DNA from: Eledone cirrhosa
Lineage: Eukaryota
DNA: 64,000 bases
NCBI GenBank assembly: GCA_964016885.1
Contig: OZ024755.1
Location: forward strand, 7,626,001 to 7,690,000
Direction of reading: 5' to 3'
Shown: piece after piece, positions 43,314 to 58,110 of the stretch
How the letters are laid out: each line of letters begins with the position of its first letter
How positions within the stretch are numbered: the stretch's first letter is position 1
Program-made: the position numbers and the translations under genes
The notes under the pieces: generated by a model
Database searches by the model: none
Seen by the model: the letters and a program-made list of their open reading frames with translations, nothing else
Told to the model about the DNA's origin: nothing

Positions 43314-44809
43314 TGCCAATCCAATGTATATAATGTAGAATAAATGTAACCGGAAATTGAAATATATTCAGTTCAGGAAGTACATAGCGTCTATGTTATA
43401 GATGTCCTACAATTTTATAAACATTGTATTTACCATTGATTGTTCTTTATTTATATGTTAAATAACAGAATAGTGCCTGTCTGTATAAGCGTGCAGTAAA
43501 TTATTGGTGTCTCTCGTAGAATATTTCATACATATTGTATTGGCTTGAAGTGCTAAAGTTCACAAAATTATAACAGGCGTTCCCATTTTTCAGACAGTAA
43601 CCATCTTAGTTTAAATACACACAACAAATACTAAATACAAACACAGAAATATATAAATAAGAAATAAACAATAAAAATCAGTGAAGCAATGAAAGACAAA
43701 GAGTTAATTCAATTATACTTCCATGCTAAAACTTACATTATTCAGAAATCCAATAGCTCGCAGTATATGTGGTATTTTTGAAACATAATGTTAGATGCGC
43801 TAGACTAAACCTGATCTTAACGTTTCATTAGGTTCCAAGCGATAGCATTGGTATCAAATTAGACTTGGGAGCGCTTAGACTGCTAAACGGACAGCCACTG
43901 TAAAAGCAATTTTAACACAATGTCGACATGATTATGCGCAGAACTTATATACGAGCAAACAGCAGTATTTTAAAAAATCATTCTTCCTTATTAATATTCG
44001 CCTTTTTTTTTCTTATCGTTTCACATAAATATCTATTATTTTTATTTTATTTTTTTTATTTTAAATATGATATTGAAAAATAAAATAACTACACAGTATA
44101 ATGAAATAACGAAAAACGTTACATAAACCATAAGAAAAAATCTTTGCGATTTTACTGTGTATTTACACAATATTGATTCTTACGCATCAAGAGTTTTCAC
44201 AGCAGTCACCGTGAATAAATTGGTAAGTCCAGAGTGAAAGAGAAAATATAGTTTAAAATAAAATAAAGATAAAACTAAATATGAAATATTGGAGAGAAAA
44301 AAGTTGAGAAAGTATTTTTTTAAATAATAAAACACGTTTATTTATATATATTTTTGATGTTGATTTTGAACTTATTTCTTTTATACTAAAGTTGTTGATT
44401 GTATTTTTTATATTATTATTATATATTATATATTATATATTATTTGTTATTTCATTTTAAATGTTTTAGAATTTCGAGCTATGAAAGCGTAACTGACATT
44501 TCAAAAAGACACATTGTGTTTTAACCAACTAAGTATACTTTGCTTCTGATTGTATGTAGTGTAGGTTTCAGTTTAGTGTTGAACAAATTGTGGTCAAGCT
44601 TGGGCAGTTCAAATATGTAAAAAATAAGAAAGAAACGAGGCGATGGTGAGTAATAAATAACAAGAGAAAATAAATAAAAACAGTCCTGAGTGAAATAAAG
44701 CCACAACTATACACAAAATCAAGATTAATGACAATCAGTTAGATAAAGGATGAAAAAATTAAAATGTTAGCATAGAAGTTGACTTTCTCTCTATCACCCC
44801 TCCCCCTCT

Positions 44810-45330
<521 letters not shown>

Positions 45331-45536
45331 TTATACTCGTATGTGTGTATGAACATATTTGTGTATGACAGTGTTTATTATGTGAGGTGTGACTATATAT
45401 GGGTCGCATGTACTTACACTTGTAAAATAATTTCGTTGATTACAATATTTCATTTTAATTTGGTATCAGGGAGTGGAACAATCGATAACCGCATAGACCT
45501 CCTTAAACAGAATTCATATATATATAAATATATATA

Positions 45537-45734
45537 TATCGGTAGAGCGCCGGATGACATGATTTGTGGCATTGAGTTACAGCCTTTACGTTCTGAGTTC
45601 AAATCACGCCAAGGTTAGCTTTGCCTTTTATCCTTACGGGGTCGATAAAATAAAGTACCAGTGACGCACTGGGGTCGATTTCATCGACCTTCCCCTCCCC
45701 CAAAATTGCTGACCTTGTACCTGAATCAGAAAAC
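45537..45734 (+). mobile_element. SINE family A (long variant, 5' clipped)
   Basis: B box plus the body with ggggtcgatttcatcgaccttcccctccccc. Confidence 0.88.
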
Positions 45735-45829
45735 TTTATTACTATATATATTATTATTATTAATATTATATATATATACTTCGTTTTTTAATGATCCTCC
45801 TAAAGTATAACAATCTCTCTCTATATATC

Positions 45830-45908
<79 letters not shown>

Positions 45909-46016
45909 TGTGATTGCGTGCGTGCGTGTGTACGTGTGTGTACGCAAATTGTGACAGGTGGAAAGTGCGCAAGAATCGCTTATGGGGATTGAAATACACC
46001 TCTAAAGTTTTTTGTA

Positions 46017-46091
<75 letters not shown>

Positions 46092-48432
46092 ATGTGTTCG
46101 GATAGATAGGTAGATAGTAATATACCTATATGCCTGTATATATATGCGTGTATTTATATTAATGAGTATGTGTACGTGCATGTACTCATGCCTGCTCTGT
46201 TTATGTATTATAATGTACTTGCTTATTTTACTGTCAGACCAGAGTATATGAAAATGATTTAAATGGAAGCTGTCTAATGTTGACTGCTCTGCCTCTGACC
46301 TAAACAAACAGAAGGTTCGCTACAGACACCGAACAAGCTTGCCATTTACCACAATTCATTTACACATTTGTTCTCCGAGCAGCCACTGGTGGTGGACCTA
46401 ATGCTTTACAATAGTTATCCATCTAATAATTAGATTGGTCTTAAATCATACAGCCGCCACATTTGATGCTTTTGTATTTCAGTCCGTTTTCTTAAGCCAA
46501 CATTTTTGCCAATCTTCATTCCGGCTCCATTGCTTTGTCTTTTCAGTTTTGTTCTGTACACTCATAAACTGGCCTACAAGAACGTTTAACATTATGAACA
46601 AACAGCAGAAATGGCGTGGAATGCTGACAAGAAACGGTTATAACCATAAAGCACGGAGAAAGGACAGAGATAACGGGAATTTCAAATCACTTTTGCATAT
46701 TGTTTTCCATTTCTAAGAATGGACATATGACAGAACTGCATTTGAAAATTGGAATAGATTTCATAGAAATGGAGCTGACGATGGCGCTGTAGTATTGTGT
46801 TGTGTTTGTTGTGCGGCTATGTTCTTACCAGAGTAAAGTTTGATATAAAATAACATCTGCATTTACGTTTAGCTTCATATCAATGAATTATATACCGCAG
46901 TTAAATGTCAAGAACAACTTAGTCTGATTAGGTAATGTTTATAGCTAGTTTCCCTATAATGTAATGACATCTTGTTTAAATATTCATATGTATTTCACAT
47001 GTAACACAAACAGCAATAATTAATTAACGTCTGTCTTAATCACTTACAAAAGCCTAAGTTCAAGTCTTGTAATGGTCTGAATTGAATTAACACTTCATCA
47101 CTCTAAGATCGATAGAATAAATATCATATTGCATATATACACAGTTTTCGACCAATCCTATATATATGCCTTGCCTTCTAAATCAAACGAAATCAATAAT
47201 TTGCTTCTGACTGCTTTGATTAGAGAAAATGGACAGTGAGTAATTTGTATGATGCTTCTAAGAACATTAATTAGTATTGTGCAGAATATTCAGACTGAAT
47301 TCGAACCCAATTTGTCCAACGCTAATCCTATGAATCATTTCTCAGAGAATTGTGATGATGTGATGGCATAATATCTATGATCTGTGAAGATTATTCAACA
47401 GTTTCTTAGTGATAACGGCAACACCGAAATACACACACACACACACACATATATATATGTATATGTGCGTGTGTATGTGAGTCCCGGGTTCAGTCGAGGG
47501 TAACAACAGTAAGTAAGGTACTCAAACTTTAGTAGAGTATATACTACAAAATTTAATAAAGAAATGGTTTCTACAGGACTAGAACTGTTTCATTCGAAGG
47601 AAATCATAATGAACGTGGGTCTGTTTAGGAAGGCCTACAGTGCAGGCTGGTTTATAATACCCCTAGACAACAATTCGGAAGAAAATTGATACAAGTGAGC
47701 TAGAAAGCAAAACCTTTGCAGGAGGAAATTAAAAAAAGATTATCTGGTGTGCGTGTCTGGGTGACGCATTGGTGATAGAACGTGAACGAAACTTGTATAT
47801 GTTTATTGTTGTAGTGATATACAACAACAACATGATTTCCTTCTTGCTGTCGCTTATAACGTGACACCCTTCAAAATTCTCCCCCCTTGTGTTACATGTG
47901 CTCCTTTATCTCATAAAGAAACCCCTTCAGAGAATAATTAAACGTAAAATTTGGAAAGTTAGACGTGGGAATATTATCTTTAACTCTTAGCGTCCTATAC
48001 GACGAGACAATACATTAGCAAATCCCTCTTGCAAAGTACAAAATAACACTAAGACTGGATCATATTCAATAGTAATGTTTACAACATTCAAGTCACTAGT
48101 AAATATAGTATAAACATGTGAATAACAAAAACATTATTTTAATATGTTCTGCTAAATCATTACACAGTATATTAAGAGTTAAAATTAGAAATTATGGGAC
48201 ATTAACATGTTATGAGAACAGTCTGGAATGAAACAAATGCGGAAGATGATCAATAAATATAATAGAGGAATACTTAGAATCTGATGGATTCCATGACTAG
48301 TGGTGGAATCTATGGAAATGTAGGATAGGAAATGTATTGGAAAGAATTTGGTCTGAATATTGGTCTCTGATGATATGAAAAAGTGTGGAAGAGGAAGACA
48401 CAATATGCGTAGAATGAGAAGAAGAAGAAGAA

Positions 48433-48492
<60 letters not shown>

Positions 48493-49129
48493 GAGGGAAG
48501 GAAATAGAAAATAGCAAAATAGTAGTAGAAGAAAAAGAAATAGAAAATAAAGAATTATGCGACAGAGCTGAGAAGAGGAGAGAGAAGAAGTAAATAAAAG
48601 AAATGGTGGAAATTTTTGACGAAATGAGTGAGATGGAAAGAGGAAGAAGAGGGAAGGAGGTGAAAGAGGTTGGGTGGAATGTTGTCAATTTATTATTGTT
48701 GTTACTAGAGATTCCACGGTGTTTGAATTCTCAATTTCTCATTTATCATCAGAACTTGAAAAAAAAAAAAAAAAAATCTGATGAAAATAAAATAAAATAA
48801 AATAAAATAAAATAATTAAAATATAAAATATATCAATAAATAAAATAAAACTGCCAAAAGTTAAAAAAAATATTAACTAAATGGTAATAAAAAATAATAA
48901 ATTAATAATAATTCAAATTTTCGTTGAAAATTGCAATGAAGACTTCGTCATTGAACGTGAAAATTTGTTTTCATAAAAAAGAGAGAAAAAACCCCCAAAG
49001 AAAACAGAAGACACTGAGTTTGCTTTCTTCACACTTCTATGTTAATGTTGTCACGTGGCTTTTGTTGGTTAGTAAATTATTATCTGGTTAGTATATTATT
49101 ATCTGGTTAGTATATTATTATAAGGTTGG

Positions 49130-49280
49130 TAGTGGGTTGGTAAAGTGGGTAAGATGTCGGATAGAAATGTTTTATGTTATTTGTTCTGGTTTTCTGTGCC
49201 CTGAGTTCAAATCCCACCGAGGTCGACATTGACTTTCTTTCTTCCTATCAAGGACTATAAAAAAGTACCAGTTTATTACT
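49130..49280 (+). mobile_element. Old family A-like SINE
   Basis: ctgagttcaaatcccaccgaggtcgac...aaaagtaccag. Confidence 0.65.
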
Positions 49281-49549
49281 AGCTCAATTATCTCTCTCTC
49301 ATTCTGACCCCCCCCCTCACTCTGGAAGAAATCGGCTGCGTCAGACATAGAAAGAAGATGGGCCCGACCAGGTTATAAATCTAAAAGGTGCCACTACGAC
49401 TTGATCAAGAGTATTGGGTCTATATATATTATTTTATTGACAACGAAAGAAGTAAAGTCAAATTTGACCTCGGTGGGATTTGAATATATTTGAATATATT
49501 TTCAGGGGAAACCTTGTGTATATATATATTTATAAAACCATATTTATTT

Positions 49550-49608
49550 CCTTCTACATATTTCAAGGGCCACCAAGGCAGATTATGGTGCGCTTTCATC
49601 AGATAAAA
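49550..49608 (-). ncRNA. Hammerhead core within imperfect inverted repeats
   Basis: Reverse complement: CTGATGA-aag..cacca/tggtg..ctt-GAAA-tatg-TA; stem I is poor; flanks ttttcaggg..tttataaaac and gttttataaa..ccctgaaaa are inverted. Confidence 0.55.
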
Positions 49609-49711
49609 TATAATATAGATTAGTTTTATAAATAGATATTGACATACCCTGAAAAAATGCAACCTTCACGGTTGTATTTTGCTTGTTGTATCCCAACAAA
49701 TTAAATATAAC

Positions 49712-49762
<51 letters not shown>

Positions 49763-49843
49763 CAAGGTGTCCCCTCAAAATATATACACATTTCAATAAC
49801 ATTCTAATCAAAGTGTGTATACATTTATTGGTAAGACACCCTG
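49763..49843. mobile_element. Tc1/mariner-type MITE (81 bp)
   Basis: TA-caaggtgtc..aaa.tatatacac.ttt / aaagtgtgtataca.ttt..gacaccctg-TA; TA TSD. Confidence 0.75.
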
Positions 49844-49852
49844 TATTAGTAT

Positions 49853-50038
49853 AATTGTTTCTACTTTTGGCACAAGGCCAGCAATTACCCAGTGCATTAC
49901 TGGTACTTTATTTTATCGACCCCGTAAGGATGAAAGGCAAAGTTAACCTCGGCAGGATTTGAACTCAGAATGGCAAGGGCCGTAACTCCATACGTCAAAG
50001 CATGGCGTCCGACCCTCTACCGATACTGCCAATCCACC
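49853..50038 (-). mobile_element. SINE family A (short variant)
   Basis: Family A body. Confidence 0.9.
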
Positions 50039-50044
50039 AATGCT

Positions 50045-50360
50045 GTCAGAATTGTTAGGATATCGGATGAAGTGTTCAAATCTCACCGAGGTCAAATTTG
50101 ACTTTAGTCCTTTCGTTATCAATAAAATAAAGAACCTGTCCAGTACTGGGGTAGATTTAACTCACTTTCCCCATTTTCCTCGTCAAACTGCTGGCCTCGT
50201 GTCTATGCTTTGAGACAAATTCAGACTAGGGTATTCGGCTTACAACCTTAAGGAGATGAGTTCGATTTCCGGTGGCGTGTGGTATCCTTGAGCAAGACAC
50301 TCTATTTCACGTTCTGACAGTCATCTCAGCTGGCACAAATGAGTTGTACCCGTGAGAACT
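50045..50360 (+). mobile_element. Old family A-like SINE followed by the 5' part of a CORE SINE
   Basis: gttcaaatctcaccgaggtc...cagtactgggg, then gagttcgatttcc...tccttgagcaagacactctatttcacg. Confidence 0.6.
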
Positions 50361-50414
50361 AGATTTAGAGTATAAATGTTTGGGCAATGCTCAGCTATAC
50401 TATATGATTCAAGA

Positions 50415-50739
50415 TGGACTACTACTATTATTATTACTGCTGCTACTACTACTAATAATAATAATGGTATTGCTGGTGTTGTTGCTGTTACTACTACTAC
50501 TAATGCTGCTGTTACTAATACTTCTACTGTGGCTCTGCTACTACTACTACTACCACCACCACCACCTCTACCATCACTACTACTAATACTGCTGTTACTA
50601 CGACTACTACAACTACTACTACCACCACCACCACCATCACTACTACTACTACCACCAACATTACTACTACTACCACCACCACCATTACTACTACTACTAC
50701 TACCACCAACATTACTACTACTACCACCACCACCAACAT

Positions 50740-50774
<35 letters not shown>

Positions 50775-50840
50775 GTAGTACTATTATTACTACCACTACC
50801 ATAACTACAACTAATACTGCTGCTGCTGCTACTACTACTA
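50415..50840. repeat. (CTA/CCA)n trinucleotide tract
   Basis: Direct reading. Confidence 0.95.
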
Positions 50841-51079
50841 CATTTGAGAGAGTTGAAATACTTTATAGGAGAAAGTGGAGTTATGGAATGACCATAATTA
50901 GGTTCCACCAATAATTCCAAAATGGAATTACAGAACGGTATTAGAGGAGTTTGGCTGTTTCATGGCTGTTGGTGGAAGGGGAGCTACAGAGGGTAGACAG
51001 GGAACAGGGGTGATTGGGAGAGGAAGGGGAGGACAGGAGGAGGAGGATGGGGACAGAAGGGGGGGGGACAGCATTACAA

Positions 51080-51430
51080 GTAGAAGAAAAAGAAAAAGAA
51101 GAAAAAGAAGAAAAAGAAGAAAAAGAAGAAACAGGAGAGGAAGAAGAAGAAGAAGAAGAAGAAGAAGAAGAAGAAGAAGAAGAAGAAGAAGAAGCAGGAG
51201 ATGAAGAAGAAGAAGAAGAAGAAGAAGAAGAAGAAGAAGAAGAAGAAGAAGAAGAAGAAGAAGAAGAAGAAGAAGAAGCAACAACAGTATAGCCATTTCG
51301 TCTTCATCTTTTTCTTCTTGTTTTTCTTGTTGCTGTTGTTGCTATTATTGTTGTTGTTATTGTTGTTGTTCTTGATTATGTTGTTGTTACAGTTGATAAT
51401 AGATTTTGTTGTTGATGTTGCTTTTAATGT
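51080..51430. repeat. (GAA)n followed by (TTG)n tracts
   Basis: Direct reading. Confidence 0.95.
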
Positions 51431-51496
51431 CGTTAGTTTTTGTTAGTGTTACTATATCATTTTAGAATGCAAATCATCTCAATTATAGTGTCAGAC

Positions 51497-51532
<36 letters not shown>

Positions 51533-51888
51533 TATATTAATGTATATATATGTATGTGTGTGTGTGTGTGGAGAGAGAGGGGAGAGAGAGAGAGAGAGAG
51601 AGGGGAGAGACAGAGAGGGGAGAGAGAGAGAGAGAGAGAGAAAACGAGAGAATGAGTGTGAGAGATAGATAGACATATTTATATATAGATATTATATGTA
51701 TGTATATATATGTGTGTGGGGGGGGGGGGGGTATGTGTGTGTGTGTGCGTGTGTGTGTGTGAGTGTATGCATTTGTATGTACGTAAATATATGCATATCT
51801 TTTAAGATGTAAAACATGTATATAGAAATAACTACAAATAGAGGGAATATAATATAAGAAAGAGCGAAGGACCGAAATATAAACGACA

Positions 51889-51955
<67 letters not shown>

Positions 51956-52349
51956 AATATGAGAAAGAGTGAAGGACCGAAATAAAAAAAACGACAAGAA
52001 CAAAGAAGGAGAGAGAGACAGAGCGGGGGGGGGGGGGGGTAATTGACATAACGACATTGGAAAAGAACTAGAGAGAGAAAGAAAGAGAGAATAGAGAGAG
52101 AATAAAATATAAGAGGGAGAAGGTAGTAAACAAGAGGAGTAGCAGGAAGAGGTACAACGTGTCAATCAATTAGTATTCATGACAGTTTGTTAATATCCAC
52201 TTTAATTTGAATAGATTTGTTAATATTGTTAGTACAATTGAAACGTTCATCTCCTGCTAAACCAGTTGATGAAACTTAATGACTTCCAAACTAGCAAATA
52301 TGTGGACAAACAAACAATAATCATCATAGAAATAATAACAAATAAATAT

Positions 52350-52414
<65 letters not shown>

Positions 52415-52917
52415 TTATTTATATAAATATATATATATATATATTTATTTATATAAATATATATATATATATATTTATTTATATAAATATATATATATAT
52501 TTATTTATATAAATATATATATATTTATTTATTTATATAAATATATATTTATTTATTTATATAAATATATATTTATTTATTTATATAAATATATATATAT
52601 ATTTATTTATATAAATATATATTTATTTATTTATATAAATATATATATATATTTATTTATATATTTATTTATATAAATATTTATATATATTTATTTATAT
52701 ATATATTTATATATATTTATTTATATATATATTTATATATATTTATTTATATAAATATTTATATATATTTATTTATATATATTTATATTTATTTATATAT
52801 ATATATATTTATTTATATATATATATATTTATTTATATATACATTTATTTATTTATATATTTATTTATTTATTTATATATATATATATATTTATTTATAT
52901 ATATATATATATATAAA
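52350..52917. repeat. Almost pure A/T (TA)n/(TTTA)n array
   Basis: Direct reading. Confidence 0.95.
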
Positions 52918-54811
52918 TGAAGTAATGATTTTTACGTGAATATTTTCCTGAAATTGATTCAATAAGATATAAAGTGATAATTTATTTGAGCTTAATTTTT
53001 GGTCGGTTCTGACGACGAGTGTTCCAGGTATTCTGATAATGGAACGGATTTCTTAACAAATTTTGTAAAGATCTGATCATTTCATACAGAAGTGTGTCTA
53101 ATATTTTTCTTATTGAGATTCAACGTAACAGAGTTTCAACTCTGACTCTTTGAGTCACAGACATTGTCTATCTGACTAACTTTCAAATAGTTTCCATCTA
53201 CCTTATTTCACTGACGAAACTGGGCTGACACAAAGTTTCGGTAAGTTATACTTGTCTAGAATGCTGGGTAGTGTGATCGAATCCGGGATATCATGATTGC
53301 AAAGTGACCTTCTTCCCACTTTGTCTATGCTGTCCTCACAACTCTAGATGTAAACCTAATATTAGCACACTCATAACTTCATATAAAAAATATTTGTTTT
53401 CTTAAAACTATATTTATAAATGTATTACACTTTATTATAACCAATTTTAATCACTATTTCAAAAGAATTTTATTTTATTTTCCTGTTACTCTAGAAATAA
53501 AATACCGTTCTTTAATTTTTTTAACTTGTACCTATATTTATGCCTATATTTGTGCCTATATTTGTGCTTACAATTATTATCAGGCGGCGAATTCGGCTCC
53601 TTCCTTCTGACCTATTAATCCGTGACAAAAATAATATAGTTATAGCGAGCATAAAGTTTAGAAATTTATACATTAACATAAAGAATATGCCCAAAATGAA
53701 AGCACAACGCCAAAAAGACAATCTAAAAAGAAGATGAATGAACTATACATACAAAAGGATAAAGAAGGAGGGTGATTTAAGATTTACGCATTGTGAAATA
53801 AGTTTAATAATCTATAATTATTATATTGGATTTGAAAAAGTTTGGAGAGATTGAAATAACTTTTATCGACTAAAATTTGGCTGAAATGGCGTCGCTAAAA
53901 TTTCCTTTATTGACAACAGTCTGATAAGAACGTAGAAGAATTGGCAAGTATTTGTCATATCTGTTAAATGAACATTCATTTAAAGACGTGTTGCACTTCG
54001 ACGTTCAGACGTGCGGACATCATTTTGAATTTGAAATCGAATATAAGAAAGACTGTAAGTTTGAAGGTTACTTTGATGGAATGGACTTCTGACCAAAACA
54101 TGTTAGACTTAGTAATTGAGTGTGCCTACATATATCTGTGTGTGGCTGTGCCGATTTATCTATCTATCTATTTCTATGTATATGTGTGTGAGAGTGTGTG
54201 TGGAAAGAGAGAGGGAGAAAATGAGAGAGTGATGGGAAAAGAGAGATGCTTGTGAGTATACGTAAGTTCTGAGTGAATTAGAAATAAGAAATGTTTTTGT
54301 GTGTGTGATCGTGTGTAAGAAACTGGTGGATGAGGTAGTTGCGTTGGTGGTGGTGATGGTTGTGGTGGCTGTGGTAGTGGTGGTGGTGATGGTGGTGGAT
54401 GAAGTAGCTGTGCTTAAGCTGGAGGTGATGTCGGTGTAGTATTTGTGGTGTTGGTGGTATCCATTATATGGAATTAACGAGAGAGAGAGAGAAGGAGAGA
54501 GAGAAACGAGGATGAGAGAGAAAAGTGTCTATAGAGAGTCAAAAACATAACACATATGAAATAAAAGAAAAAAAATAGATAACGTTTGTGAAGAGGGATA
54601 AATTGATGTGTAATGTCACTGGTGCAGAAAACAAGGGAGATAATTGATGGAATTAAATAGTAGAAGTCAGAGCAATAAGTATTAATATGAATTGAAGTTT
54701 TAAGTTAAACTATGAGATATCCTCTGCTAAAAAAAGGGCCAAAAGTCTTGCTATAGAAAGAGAATACACGTATAAACATATATTATGTATATATATATAT
54801 ATATATGTTTA

Positions 54812-54842
<31 letters not shown>

Positions 54843-55328
54843 AATATATATATATACGTATATATATAAATATATATATATATATATACGTATATATATA
54901 AATATGTATATATACATTATATATATATATGTATATATACATTATATATATATGTATGTATATATACATTATATATATATATGTATGTATATATACATTA
55001 TATATATATATATATATTTAGTAAGGAAGAAATTTAATAAGAAATATCATTTATGCTGCTTTAATGGAAATATACTTTCGTTCATAATTCAACTATGATT
55101 TAAAAATTTCTTCAAATTCTATTATAATTTTGTTTTCATATGTAGCACGGTTCAAATTATATTATAGGTATAGAAACGTTATTGATTTAATAAAGAACGT
55201 TAATAAAACACAAATAGAAATCTTTCAATAGAATTTAGTAAACTACTAAGATATACAATATGTTAACATTATTGTAAGTAACTTAGTACAATGTTGTACA
55301 GATTAAAACTATATGTCTTTGAGTGATG

Positions 55329-55632
55329 TGAAAGCGCGTCGTTCAGTGGTTACGGTATTCAGCACACGATTGTAAGTTGGTGCGTTTGATTCCCAGTTAG
55401 GGCTGAGTCTTGGAGAAAGACTCTTTATTTGACGTTGCTTCAGTTCACCCAGGTAGAAAAAGAAACGTGATTTGCTCCTGTAATTCAAAAGGCCAGCTTT
55501 GTCAAGCATTATGTCCACTAGAACTCCCTGAGAATTACGCCAAGGATTTGCGTGTCTGTGGAATTCACAGTTACGATGTTTAGTTGATCAAAACAACTAG
55601 AACACTTGTCGTCGAAACTGACGGAGGATCAA
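55329..55632 (+). mobile_element. Near full-length CORE-type SINE family B
   Basis: tRNA-like head (gttcagtggttacggtattc...gtttgattccc), CORE-like segment and 3' tail gtcgtcgaaactgacggaggatc. Confidence 0.7.
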
Positions 55633-56769
55633 CACATTGGTTGAACTGTATAACAAATGCAGTACTCGCAACAAGGTTGAATGATCAAGATGTCCTCGTC
55701 ACAATCATAACTTTGATCTGGGTGTGAACCTGGGCAAGTGCCATCGGGAAATCGAACGCATGACTTCACAGTAAACACGCCCCTTCCTAATACGTTAAGT
55801 AAAGGGTTAAAATGTCTCCCAGTTTTCTACCATCAACTGACCATTGGCTGCTTTATTTGCGTGCACTCTGTTGTTGTAACTGTTCAGATAACTTATCTGT
55901 TATGAGGACATCTCGATATTTTGATGGTCTGGTTTCAGCTGCAAAAATGGAGGTATCTTGATCTCTTGCACTTTATCCCCTCCCAGTCACGGAGCACTCA
56001 AGTCATTCAAAAAATTAAAGGAAAAAACCTGAAATCGGAACGTTATATTTTTTCAAGTCAGAATCTCAACTGACGAGGGACTTAACTTTGCTAAGATGTT
56101 ATTAAATATCGATTATGTGTGATGTTTTGCGTTATATTTTCCTTCTTCTGTATCCATGGTACGATATATATTACATGTTTCTATGTTTTAGTAGAAGATA
56201 TCTATAGACTTCACTCTTTATATTTGATAGAAATATGAAGAGAGAAATAAAGAGAAAAAGGGAGTCTTTTCCAATTGAAATATCTCTTTGGGGTTGCTTT
56301 TTTTATGTTGTTTACTGATGTTTAAATATAGCTGCTCTGCCGTTTTTCTATCTCCTAGCCTCTCCGAACTTGATGAATTACTACCGTGTTCAGAGGTCAA
56401 ACTAAAGCAATGTCTTCCATGCAATGGAATAAACTGCATGGAACATACGGTCAAGCTGGCGACTAGCTTCTGGAAAATTCTAATTAAAATACTGTAACGG
56501 TTTCATCACATCTTGTTTGCTTATATGTCTAACTAGTAGTCTTTACGTTAGAACTAATATGTCAGCTGTAAGGTCATTTCTTTACGCCATGTTGGTCAAA
56601 TGAATCTGATACCCTTTGATTAATTCCAACGAAGAACAACAAAAATAATTTCATACTGTTGGTTTCTAGATTATTACTTCTTATTTACACACATTCACGA
56701 AACACGACATTTTCTCAACTGTCACTGCAGACTTAATTATAATATTATTATTATTATTATTATAATAAA

Positions 56770-56989
56770 GGCGGTGGATAGGCAGTATCGGTAGAGGGTC
56801 GGACGCCATGCTTTGCAGCAAAGAGTTACGGCCCTTTAAAGTCTGAGTTCAAATCCCACCGGGGTTAACTTTGCCTTTCATACTTACGGGGTCGATAAAA
56901 TAAAGCACCAGTAGTGCAATGGAGTCGATTTAATCGACTTTCTCCTCCCCAAAATTGCTGGCCTTGTGCCTATATAAGAAACCATTATT
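56770..56989 (+). mobile_element. SINE family A (long variant, full length)
   Basis: ggcggtggataggcagtatcggtagag...gagttcaaatccc...gccttgtgcc. Confidence 0.92.
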
Positions 56990-56999
56990 GGTGGTTGTG

Positions 57000-57035
<36 letters not shown>

Positions 57036-57819
57036 TTGTTGTTAATATTATTGCGCTTATCATGTTCTTAGAAATTTTAATAATCATCACTTTTCTGCTT
57101 CTGAAAGAATCCTCTACTTGGTCATCTGATGTACTAGAAATAGCAATCAAATTTCCTCAAATCACACCATTATAGCTTCTCTCCCCATTAAAATGAATGC
57201 ACACACACAGTATGGTAAATAGAGCGTCGGGAAAATACCAATACAATACATATTGACCATTGTTATGATGTCTTTAACCATAGGTTTTGTCGGGCAGGTT
57301 TTACTTATGGCAATGCCTAAATTTCTAACATCACCAGGACTACTAGAATCCTATGTGATATATTGAGCCTCTGAGATCAGAGACTGACCCGAGGCTAATT
57401 ACCATGCAGCACCTAACAACCGATTGATAGAGAAACCTTACAAAAGAAGAAAATTAATTATTATTAGTATAAGTCAAACGTGGAACATCGTTTGAAGCAA
57501 TTAAATGAAGCATCATATTTAACAAGTATTGAGTAACGTTTCTCTTGTTTCTACACACATGCATACATACGCATATAGTCGTGTGCATATATACATGTAT
57601 TTGTATGTGTGTCCGTGTCCGTATGTGGTTTCCTTATTGTCATTGACTAAGAATGTATTTCTCTTGCAAAAGAAATGCATTCGTTGAAAATGAGGTTTGA
57701 AACGAAGTCGAACAGCGACTACATGGTTCTCTGTGAACGACTGATGAGTGAGAAGGAAAGAGATAGAGTGTGTGATAAAGAGTCGAGGGATGAGTAAAAT
57801 GTAGGGAAATGTGTATATG

Positions 57820-58110
57820 TCTATATGTATACATACATACATATATACATATATACATACATATAAATATATATATGGATATATACACATATATACATAT
57901 ATATATAAATATATATATATGCATATATACACATATATATAAATATATATATATGCATATATACACATATATATAAATATATATATATGCATATATACAC
58001 ATATATATAAACACAAAAACATGCAGACATACATACATATATATAAATACACATATGCATATATATAAACACATAAATGCATGCATGCATATATATATAT
58101 ATATATACAC
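57820..58110. repeat. (TA)n/(CATA)n array
   Basis: Direct reading. Confidence 0.9.

Noticed and set aside
47980-48182. TTAA-CTCTTA...TAAGAG-TTAA possible piggyBac MITE
   Set aside because: TIR only 6 bp in AT-rich DNA; may be chance
50321-51446. Poly-Ser/Gly, poly-Glu, poly-Arg and poly-Leu ORFs
   Set aside because: Simple (CTA)n/(GAA)n repeats
56408-56450. Hairpin ttccatgca/tgcatggaa as a pre-miRNA
   Set aside because: Stem too short and no match to any conserved miRNA I recognise
56770-56860. SINE heads as functional tRNA genes
   Set aside because: A and B boxes are present but there is no complete cloverleaf, and they are always joined to the SINE body
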